Part shown: piece by piece, positions 22,576-31,772 of the stretch
Position numbering within the stretch: position 1 is the first letter of the stretch
How the letters are laid out: each line of letters opens with the position of its first letter
Assembly (NCBI RefSeq): GCF_001194135.2
Contig: NC_068983.1
Location: 88,832,117 to 88,865,418, forward strand
Direction: 5' to 3'
Origin: Octopus bimaculoides
Lineage: Eukaryota
Length of the DNA: 33,302 nt
The notes under the pieces: model-generated
Databases searched by the model: none
Seen by the model: the letters and a program-made list of their open reading frames with translations, nothing else
What the model was told of the DNA's origin: nothing
Program-made: the position numbers and the translations under genes

Positions 22576-23126
22576 TCATCATCCTCATCATCATCATCGT
22601 TTAACATCTGCTTTCCATGCTAGCATGGGATGGACGATTTGACAGAGGACTGCACCTGGCTCCAATCTGATCTGGCAGAGTTTCTACAGCTGGATGCTGT
22701 TCTTAACGCCAACCACTCCGAGAGTGTAGTGGGTGCTTTTATGTGCCACTAGCACAAGGGCCAGTCTGGTGGTACTGGCAACGGCCATGCTCAAATGGTG
22801 TTTTTTACGTGCCACCTGCACAAGAGTCAGTCCAGCAGCACTGGCAACAACCTTGCTCGAATGTTTTGTTCACATGCCACCGGCACAAGTGCCAGTAACG
22901 ATCACACTCAAATGGTGCTTTTTACATGCTACTGGCTTGGAAGCCAGACAGCTGCTCTGGCAGTGATCCCGCTCGGATGGTGCTGTTAGTACTCCATTAG
23001 CATAGGTGCTGGTTATCGAATTTGGTTCAATTTCAGTTTCACTTGCCCCAACAGGTCTTTGCAAGCAGAGTTTAGTGACCAATGAAGGAAGATTGGCATG
23101 GGTGCCAGTCGTCGAATTTGGTTCAA
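22576..23126 (-). mobile_element. RTE 3' UTR copy inserted into the Penelope-like element
   Basis: Tail CATCATCGTTTAACATCTGCTTTCCATGCTAGCATGGG; colinear with 9553-10060. Confidence 0.9.
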
Positions 23127-24130
23127 AATAATTTCCAATGTACCAAAATTGTTTTATTTGGCCTTAACTAAACATTTTCCAAAAGACAGTAAATACTATA
23201 GAATCTTTATTAAAAATCAGGTTAGATTAGCTTTCTATAATAGCAAAAATCTAGCATTATAGCTTAGAATTATAATTATAGATCAATAAATAGCAACAAT
23301 GTCAACATGAGTGAACAAACCATGGGTGATACAGCTGGGTATTAGGATATGAACTATACTTTGACAACCAATGGAGTTGAAGAGACCTGAGGGAGCTCCA
23401 CAGTTGGCCTGGAAGTAGTGAATATGAATTCTAGAGGGCAAAGTACTCAGCATGTTGTCTCTGTTGAGAAGACTAATAGCTTAGAAGATAGACGGAAGAA
23501 TATAAAAATCACATCAAGAGTAGGTGAAGTGGATGATTGTGATGGAAGTACTAGGGCTATTAGTTACGATTGTGCAAGGTACAGGGTCTGTCCACTTGGC
23601 TCTGATTCTAAACATAAAAATATCGCTTATAGATATAAGATTACCTCAGAGAATAGAGAATATTTCTATATAGGAGCTAGCTCATGTTATATTAAGCAGA
23701 GAATTGCCAATCATTTAAGTTCATTTAGAAATAGGGACAAAATGAATACCACCAGCCTTAGTAAGCGAATTTGGGCACTTAAGATAGTAATAAAGTATTT
23801 TCAATTGCTTGGGAAATTATCAGTAAGGTAAAACCTTATAGAATAGGTGATAATAGATGTACCCTTTATGTAGAGGAAGTGTACCAAATTTTCTTTTCTA
23901 AATATACAATTTTAAACACTAGACAGGAACAGGCTATGAGATGTCTACAATTGATTAAATATATGTTTAAACAATATAAAGAAACATAAATTACCATCTA
24001 TAATAATTATACTAGTTAACATGATTGTGATAATTAATGATACTTTTGCAAATAATACTAAAATAATTTTAGTAATGGCAACAATAATAATATTGAGGGT
24101 ATAAGCCCAAGCATAAGTGAATTACCTCTG
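23125..24130 (+). mobile_element. Penelope-like element, segment 3 (linker, GIY-YIG endonuclease, 3' UTR); tentatively Naiad-like
   Basis: KIISNVPKLFYLALTKHFPKDSKYYRIF; ORF 23418-23831 CPLGS..NIAYRYKI..YFYIGASS..IKQRIANHLSSF..TTSLSKRIWALK; then KPYRIGDNRCTLYVEE..ILNTRQE, stop at 23987-23989. A decayed hammerhead-like TATTGA-GGG-TATAAG-CCC-AAGC at 24091-24112. Confidence 0.88.
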
Positions 24131-24478
24131 AATAAATAATGTACTACATACAGTAAAATGTAAACAAAACTGTTACAATTGATTGCAATTTGAATGAACA
24201 TTTCATAAACCACGATTCAATTGTAATAGCAGTAGAGGTGATTATAAGACCAGAATTCAATTTGAATACCAATGCAGGAAGCTCGGTTGAACTAGTTCAC
24301 TTTGCCACCATTGTAAGTGATGGACCCTTGATGAAATTGCAGCGACTAGGATGCATAATTGGATATGGAGCAATGTTTAGTTACTGCAGTAGTTGGTCAT
24401 TGTTATATATGCTGAATAAAACTTTTTTTAATAAAAAGTTTTGGATATGAATAAATCTCCACTCTCCTCTTCATTTTC

Positions 24479-24527
<49 letters not shown>

Positions 24528-24546
24528 TGTAAGTGTGTGTGTGTAA

Positions 24547-24965
24547 GTAGCTGTACAGTAAGAAGTTTCCTTCCCAATCACATGGTAGCAGGTTCAGTTA
24601 CACTGCATGGCACTTTGGGAAAAATGTCTTCTACTATAGCCTTGGGCCTAATAAAGCCTTGTGAGTAGATTTGGTAGATGGAAACTGAAAGAAGCCCATC
24701 GTGTGTGCATGTGTGTGTGTGAGTGCGTGTGTGTGTTTGTGTATTTGTGTCTGTGTTTGTCCCCCTCCACCATTTGACAACCAATGCTGGTGTATTTACA
24801 TTGCCATAACTTAGTAATTCAGCAAAAAGGGACTGATAGAATAAGTACCAGGCTTAAAATAAAATGAGTACTGGGGTTAATTCATTTGACTGAATTTCTT
24901 CATGATGGAGCCCCAGCATGGCTGCAGTCTAATGACTGAAACAAATAAAAGATACAAGATACAAA
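24547..24965 (+). mobile_element. Full-length SINE family A with internal (TG)n
   Basis: tRNA-like head, GGTAGATGGAAACTGAAAGAAGCCC, microsatellite, GATAGAATAAGTACCAGG core, ATGACTGAAACAAATAAAAG tail. Confidence 0.88.
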
Positions 24966-25649
24966 CACACATATAAGTCCTTTAGTTTACACAGTACTCA
25001 GGTTACACAGCTTCTTAGCACGGCTTGGGCTTTAATCTTTTTTTTTGTTCTTTTTTTTTACATTATGAACAGTCAATGAGCCTCTGGAAATTAAGGGTAC
25101 CATTAACAATATTTGTAATTTTGAATAAATTTAACATTGATATTTAAATATGGAAAATAATTGATGGATTTATTTGGCAAGTGATTTGAAATAATAATCA
25201 ATAGTGTCATTTTTATCACTTTCCTTTTCCAGTTTTTATTGTTTCCATTTACCTCTTATTACCCATCTCATTGTAGAACCTCAATTTCACAACAGTATCC
25301 ATATACATACACACACTCACATGCACGCACACATGCATGCTCAAACACACACACATACATATAACAGTAAGATCCAAGGATCCAAGTGTAGGAAGCTCTT
25401 TCTAACATTTGATTTTCTTTTTATTGTGTACATGTGTATGCATGGGTGCACCAATGTGTTTGTTTACAGTCGACTTAGTAAAGTGGCCCCTGCTTAATAT
25501 TTATAACAACTTCCCTTTCCCTTAAAGTCACCAACCATCTACCCTAAAACACTCCCTCTTTCTTCTCCCTCTCCTTTTCTTTATTGCCAACAACTTTATG
25601 CAATTCCCATTCCTAAATATTTGATCACATCCTTACCTTTTCTTACTTA

Positions 25650-26058
25650 CTCTCTCTTTTACTCTTTTACTTGTTTCAGTCATTTGACTGTGGCCATGCT
25701 GGAGTACTGCCTTTAGTCAAGCAAATCGACCTCAGGACTTATTCTTTAGAAGCCTAGTACTTATTCTATCAGTCTCTTTTGCCGAACCACTAAGTTATGG
25801 GGACGTAAACACACCACCATTGGTTGTCAAGCGATGTTGGGGAGACAAATACAGACACACAAACATACACACACACACATATATATATACATATATACAA
25901 CAGGCTTCTTTCAGTTTCTGTCTACCAAATCCACTCACAAGGCTTTGGTCAGCCAGAAACTATAGTAGAAGACACTTGCCCAAGATGCCACACAGTGGTA
26001 TTGAGCCCGGAACCATGTGGTTGGTAAGCAAGCTACTTACCACACAGCCACTCCTGTG
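25650..26058 (-). mobile_element. Full-length SINE family A
   Basis: Reverse complement is colinear with 24547-24965, including the internal microsatellite. Confidence 0.9.
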
Positions 26059-26114
26059 CCTTATTGACTATTTTATTTCTTCAAGCATTGCTTTTTTTTA
26101 TTCTGTTTTTCCAG

Positions 26115-26144
26115 CTTCACCACTCATTTCAAATTACATCTACG
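26115..26144 (+). other. Candidate 30-nt micro-exon (or splice sites belonging to a PLE terminal repeat)
   Basis: Acceptor TTTTTTTATTCTGTTTTTCCAG| and donor ACG|GTGAGT. All three frames are open (for example SPLISNYIY). No homology recognised. Confidence 0.3.
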
Positions 26145-26197
26145 GTGAGTTAATTCGGGATTCCCAAACAACAATGTAACTTTCATATAACTAAGGT

Positions 26198-26290
26198 ATC
26201 CTCAGCCTGATGAGTAGCTGTCTCAGAACCGCTCATAGAGTAATTATTACATCAGAGAATCAGCTAGCTAGGAAACATATGTAGCCTGGA
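26198..26290 (+). ncRNA. Near-intact type-I hammerhead motif
   Basis: CTGATGA 26207-26213; stem II TAGCT/AGCTA with a G.G closing mismatch; GAAA 26272-26275; palindromic helix III ACATATGT; GTA triplet 26281-26283; weak, bulged stem I. Confidence 0.65.
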
Positions 26291-26415
26291 TTTTACCTGT
26301 TCCATTCCCTNNNNNNNNNNNNNNNNNNNNNNNNNNNNNNNNNNNNNNNNNNNNNNNNNNNNNNNNNNNNNNNNNNNNNNNNNNNNNNNNNNNNNNNNNN
26401 NNNNNNNNNNNNNNN

Positions 26416-26963
26416 TAATACATATATAATTTAGAGAAAAACCAACTATTAACAAATTCAACAATGAAAAATGTCACTCAGAACATCTAGAAAAACAAAT
26501 ATACCACAAAAAACCCTATTCCAAAAATCAATAAATTACACAATCAATAAATAGCAAATAACATTAAAAGACTATGCGCATTTCGTGGCTATATTTAAAA
26601 TAAATTCGATTCGATCTAAAACTAAATTCGATTCGATTCGATCTAAAAATATAGTCACTCTTCAGGTCTAAAATAACTCATAAGAATAATAAAAATGATA
26701 ATAAAATCAATGTACATATCTAATCTTATAATAAAATATCAAATAAATATAGAATAATACTTGTTTTAACAATAAATAATCGAAAAATATTTAACAACAT
26801 TACTTAAAATAAAAACATAACTCATCTTATCGAAGAATTTCTGTTAAACTAAAATTTCAAACGTAATATTAAGAACTTAGCGTTTATGAGAAATATATCG
26901 CGTGAAAATATGGCGTAATTATAAAAATTATAGAATAAATAGATAGAATGTGTATTTAAACTG

Positions 26964-26965
<2 letters not shown>
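26416..26965 (-). mobile_element. Non-coding, U-rich, CpG-retaining element carrying an intact hammerhead (PLE terminal repeat or retrozyme-like)
   Basis: Bounded by a gap and by (TA)n at about 26966-26996. No ORF. Many unmutated CpGs, unlike the older repeats in the window. Confidence 0.55.
26569..26669 (-). ncRNA. Type-I hammerhead ribozyme, intact catalytic core
   Basis: Minus strand: AGAC (stem I) CTGAAGA (26665-26659) GTGACTATATTT [50-nt loop] AAATATAGCCAC (stem II, 11/12 bp, G-C closing pair) GAA AT GCGC AT A GTCT. Predicted cleavage after AUA, between 26573 and 26572. Confidence 0.85.
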
Positions 26966-26998
<33 letters not shown>

Positions 26999-27019
26999 CA
27001 CACATACATACATACATAT

Positions 27020-27085
27020 GCATCATCATTTAACATCCATTTTCCACTCTGACATGGGTTGGATGGTTTGACAGAAACTGGCCAG
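27020..27085 (-). mobile_element. Short RTE 3' tail
   Basis: CATCATCATTTAACATCCATTTTCCAC..CATGGGTTGGATGGTTTGACAG. Confidence 0.75.
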
Positions 27086-27089
27086 ACAC

Positions 27090-27120
<31 letters not shown>

Positions 27121-27124
27121 ACAG

Positions 27125-27167
<43 letters not shown>
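27090..27167. repeat. Head-to-head (CA)n / (TG)n microsatellite
   Basis: (CA)n, a short GATA spacer, then about 20 TG units; self-complementary. Confidence 0.95.
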
Positions 27168-27169
<2 letters not shown>

Positions 27170-27412
27170 CACAGTTTAAGATAATTTCCATTTTCTAATT
27201 AGCTAACAGGACAAAGGGGTAATGAATATGTCAAATAACGTTATTTAACTGAAGGGGATGACTTCAGTTTCCTCACTTTCTCTCACTTCTTTCATCTTCT
27301 ATCACTCTGTTCTCTTTCTAGCACTCTCACCTTTCCCATCATGTTACAGTTTTTATTTAATCTCTTTACTAGTAATTGTCACATAGCTGTCTATCAGTCT
27401 CTCCCCACCTCT

Positions 27413-27449
<37 letters not shown>

Positions 27450-28359
27450 ATCATCTTGCTCTGGTCCTATTTTGTCACATTCTCACCAATGTAATTGACA
27501 AGACAACCCTTTGGTACTGATGAACAAATGAATGGAAACAATGAAGGGAAGAGAGGAGTAGTGCTAAACGTTTTGAGTGTCAAAATAAAATGCAGCTAAT
27601 ACACTCTGTGACACGATTGGTGAACAACAACAATGCAAGTAAAAAAAGATTCTTTATTTTTGTCAGGAACAGGACAACCTCCCATCTGCTGGTGTCATGA
27701 TAAATTGTAGAGTGTCCAGCAACCAAAGAAATCATAGCAAACATGGGATGTATAAGTGAGACACGGGCCGCCAACCCATCTAGAAAAGGAATAATTTCAA
27801 ATAAGAACAGAGTTGGACTGTGTCAACCTATCCAGCCCATGTCAGCATAGAAAAGCAAATTGCATGATGATGACTGTGTGTGTGTGTGTGTGCATGCCCA
27901 CGTTTAGATATTGAACCATTTGATAGAGTTAATTTATTCATTTGATAAAGTGAAACCCTCAGCTTCAAATGAATAAATGCACAAATACATATACTCATAC
28001 ACCCCCACCACACTCATACAAGGAGAAAGAGAGAAGTGTATTACTGTTTCCATCTCAACATTAACACCATCAGCAGCATCAACAACAATAAGTACAGCTT
28101 TAATAGCCCTAGACAAAACTAATTTCAATGAATGCAGTACAACTATCTGATGAATAAGTATGAGGAATTCATTTGTATTCTAGCTTTGGCTTTTAGCCAT
28201 TCTTCTAGATGGTATCTAACAGCAACCAAAGCTACTTTATTTGAATCTATAACCATCAACACAGACACTGAAATACAAGACAGTCAATATCAACTTAATA
28301 AAACAGCTGAACCAAATTATTGAACTGGTAGTGAGTCAGGAATGCTATTTTTGTTTTTG

Positions 28360-28651
28360 CGGCATAGCACAGTTGTGCTATGGCATACTCCAGCCGATCA
28401 GAGCTGGGTGCGTATGAACACTAAAGGCAGTTCTCTGCCCAAGCAGAGAAGTGGGAGTTTTTAACAGTTGGTGAAAAGATGGCACAATAGCAACATTTCC
28501 TTTCAACATGAAGTAGCTTTTGGTTTTTCACCACCAACTTCTTGCAGCTAACTTGGAGTTATATTGGATCTCAACTTGTCAACTCTTGAACAGCCTATTT
28601 CACTTATGCTAATTTCGCTCCTCAAAATTGTGGATGACATCAGCCACAATT
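28360..28651. other. Cluster of five short hairpins, function unknown
   Basis: Perfect 8-bp stems at 28363-28382, 28431-28450, 28466-28473/28532-28539 and 28626-28651, plus a two-part stem at 28384-28416. Confidence 0.6.
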
Positions 28652-29074
28652 CTGCCTCATAATGAACTATAATGTTTTCATTTAAGCTAGCTCTGTACCT
28701 CTTAGCTTATAACAGCTTTCAACAGAATCATTTGTTCAAAACTAAGTTACAGTGCTTTACCTGACTCACATACATACAGGCTACATTCTTTTTACTTGTG
28801 AGCTCTTGTAATCTATATACCTATATAAAATCCTTTGTCACTCTGTCTGTTCCCAATGCATTCTCAAACGGCTCAGCCACATCAAATCAAATTTTACATG
28901 GTAATATTATGAGAGCCCTATGAGTGTGAACATGTAATTTTGGGGGATTAAAACAATGCAACATTGACACTGGTTCTATATTACATGTCAAAATTCAAAG
29001 AATAATAGTGAAACAATAACATCTATATTGTAATGTGATATATTGTTTCACTTTTATACTTTTATTTTTAATTC

Positions 29075-30590
29075 TAACCACAACGATGACGTCACATTTT
29101 GTATATGACTGGATATCTGTCAGTGAATGTATGTGTGTGAGTGTATGAGTGTATATATGTCTCACAACATCTCATCTAGGACATCCCATAGTACACCTCT
29201 TTTCAGGGGTTTCAGTTGTGCATACTATAGGAGTCACAGGGCACTGCTCCATGTGGTCCCGCAGTTTCCATCCTACTAGTTCAAAGTCCAGAATCTGATC
29301 TGTTAGATCCTGCTGATAACTAAATCCACACCCTGCTGCTGACGCTTCAATTTATTGTTGTTAAGGTTTTATCTGTCTCCTACCCTTCAACCTGTCTGGC
29401 CTGGTAAGACCTGCCTGAAGATTTCTCTCCCTCCAGCACAGCTCTCCGGGTCAATGTAGCACACAGGCACTTCACAGCAACAAGATAATTGTTGAATTGG
29501 CCATTGACTACAAAGTATTTCGTCCGCCCTTTGACAGGTCATATTTTTTGTCCTGCAGGGTGTCCAACAATCACCCTCCTCACCAAACAAGCTTGATGGG
29601 GTTGCCAATTTAGTCGCCAATGACTTGACCATGCGACAGGTTGTACTGGGTTACATGTTACCAGTAGCGCTCAAGAGGAACCTGACATCAATGTATGTCT
29701 TTCTATGCATGTATCTTTCCACGTTAGGTACATTATTAAACACACTATACGTATGTGAGGGCTGATCAGTGTCAATACAAAATTTTATTTTCATTTCAAT
29801 AAAAACAATATAACATTTCATAGAGATAATCCTTCTATTGTCAACAGGACATTTTATACAACAACAATAACATCACATCCTGTATATGACAGTGTATATC
29901 TGTCAGTGAGTGTATGTGTGTAGGGTATGAGTGTCTTTCTGCGTTATACAATTATTAAACACACATATATCTACACATACATATACATATGTAATGGTAT
30001 GTTATTAAACACACACACAACCACATTTACACATACATATACATATATGACGACTGACCTGCGTGAATGTGTGTCTGTGTGTGTCTATCTTACTATATGT
30101 ATGTGAGGGTTGGCCAGTATCAGTACGAAATTTTATTTTCATTTCGATTAAAACAATATAACATTTCCTAGAGATAATATTTCTTTTGTCAACAGGACAT
30201 TTTATACTAGAACAACGACATCATATTTTGTATATGATTGTGTATCTGTCTGTGAGTGTATGTATGTGAGTGTATGTGTGTAAGTGTATGAGTGTGTATA
30301 TGTCTCATAGTGAATGTGTGTCTTTCTGCATTAAGTACGTTATCAAATAGGCATACACATCTATACATACATGACGACTGACATGCGTGAATATATGTCT
30401 CTGTGTGGCTATCTTAGTATATGTATGTGAGTGTCTGTCAGGAACATGTTATACGATAATGACGACATCACATTTTGTATATGAGTGTATATTTATCTAT
30501 GAATATGTGTGTTTCCACATTATATACATTATTAAACACACACACATATATATGTGATGACTGACATGCCAGAATGTGTGTATGTGAGTT
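29075..30590. repeat. Degenerate tandem array, unit about 320-350 bp
   Basis: The block ATGTGAGGG..AAATTTTATTTTCATTT..GTCAACAGGACATT starts at 29753 and 30101 (period 348), with a deleted copy at 30425. The ACATCA(C/T)ATTTTGTATATGA-like block recurs near 29090, 29870, 30220 and 30465. Confidence 0.85.
29165..29690 (-). mobile_element. Probable isolated 5' UTR of an RTE-like LINE inserted in the tandem array
   Basis: Minus strand TCTTGTTGCTGTGAAGTGCCTGTGTGCTACATTGACCCGGAGAGCTGTGCTGG..GCCAGACAGGTTGAAGGGTAG resembles RTE 5' leaders as I recall them. The flanks rejoin as one array unit (compare 30293-30350). Confidence 0.55.
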
Positions 30591-30878
30591 CTAGAGGTGA
30601 AACTCTTGAAAAAAAAAACAATGTGGTGGTAAGGTCCAAGGTATATATAAAAATACACATTAACTGTTCCATTACCAGTTAATAATTATCGCAGCAGCTG
30701 CAAGGTTGCAAGGTATTTACAATTACATATTTACTCTTACATTAAGAAATTTATCCTGTATATACATACATACATATATATATATATAAAATTTATTAAT
30801 GAGGGTAGAAATTGATATTGATCAATTAAAACCAGTGGTCTAGCATATAAAAAAATCTGAAGATTAAAATTATATTAC

Positions 30879-31046
30879 ATACAAGAATAAGAGGAATGAC
30901 CAGCAAATGTGGATTCCTGAATGCTAGTCTGTTGTGTCGCTGATTTTTTTCTACTGAGAACATACTTTTTCGTGGTTGGATGATTCGGCATCTATTTCTA
31001 GCATTCAGGAATCCACATTTGCTGGTCATTCCTCTTATTCTTGTAT
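30879..31046. repeat. Perfect 49-bp inverted repeat with a 70-bp spacer
   Basis: 30879-30927 is the exact reverse complement of 30998-31046; it abuts an N gap. Confidence 0.9.
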
Positions 31047-31275
31047 ANNNNNNNNNNNNNNNNNNNNNNNNNNNNNNNNNNNNNNNNNNNNNNNNNNNNN
31101 NNNNNNNNATATATATAAGTTTATGTATATATTAATATTATCTCAGTTTAAAAACACCTTGACAATGTAAATATGTTAATAGTTACTATGGGTAGCAAAA
31201 ATTACACAAAAAACCAGGATATCACACCCGTTTTATAGGTACAGATACCAAGTTAAAGTGATGCATTTTGAGTAG

Positions 31276-31512
31276 ATATGAATAATAACAATAAATGGAG
31301 CAAAACGCATATAAATTATAACTTGTAAGTTACCTCATCATTTCGCATTTGTCTTCCTTCTATATGTCGGTTCCCTGACGATGAATATATGCGGAATTCC
31401 AGCAGCTCTTACTTCTTTGGAGTAGAGTACACATATATTTTGAAACATATGTAAGAATTAAAGGAACTTTTATTTACATGCGTTTTGCTCCATTTATTGT
31501 TATTATTCATAT
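31276..31512 (+). mobile_element. Non-coding PLE-type remnant: 41-bp inverted arms enclosing a hammerhead motif
   Basis: 31276-31316 versus 31472-31512, 40/41 complementary; the right arm runs into (TA)n. Confidence 0.7.
31369..31459 (+). ncRNA. Near-intact type-I hammerhead motif
   Basis: CTGACGA 31375-31381; stem II AATATATG/CATATATT plus G.U, with a U.U closing mismatch; GAAA 31442-31445; ACATATGT; GTA 31451-31453; stem I GGTTCC/AGAATT with an A.C first pair. Confidence 0.7.
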
Positions 31513-31681
31513 ATATATATATATATATATATATAATTCTTTGTCTCTCTGTAATAACTATTGTAGCATTTACTGTTAAATTAGCAGTTCCATACATGTG
31601 CTTCTATTTCATTCATTTACTTATATTTCGTTAATTTACATTGCATACAAAAATACAGACATACTATATACATACTATGCG

Positions 31682-31772
31682 GTAAGCCACTGTGCCTTAT
31701 TTTTTCAAGTAACTCATTACTACTTGTTCTCATGTGACTACATAGGCTCACTTTATGTTTCTTATTCTACAG
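31682..31772 (+). other. Candidate 91-nt spliceosomal intron
   Basis: Donor GCG|GTAAGC, branch-like CTCAC at 31747-31751, pyrimidine tract TTTATGTTTCTTATTCTACAG|. Confidence 0.5.

Noticed and set aside
24327-24366. TGATGA-AATTGCA..TGCATAATT-GGAT as a hammerhead or as a SECIS element (some Naiad PLEs encode selenoproteins)
   Set aside because: No GAAA or helix III for a hammerhead; no apical AA and no proper GA quartet for SECIS; the linker Cys positions of this PLE are not UGA codons.
27515-27545. CTGATGA..GAAAC spacing
   Set aside because: The intervening 11 nt do not form stem II and there is no helix III or stem I.
28405-28460. Resemblance of the minus strand to the RNase MRP P8 GARAR hairpin (GGCA-GAGAA-CTGCC)
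   Set aside because: The P4 pseudoknot halves required in RNase P/MRP RNA are not found on either side.
26272-31453. Heterodimer between the two + strand hammerheads, which share GAAACATATGTA
   Set aside because: A double hammerhead needs cross-pairing of stem I strands; CCTCAGC with AGAATT and GGTTCC with GCCTGG are not complementary.
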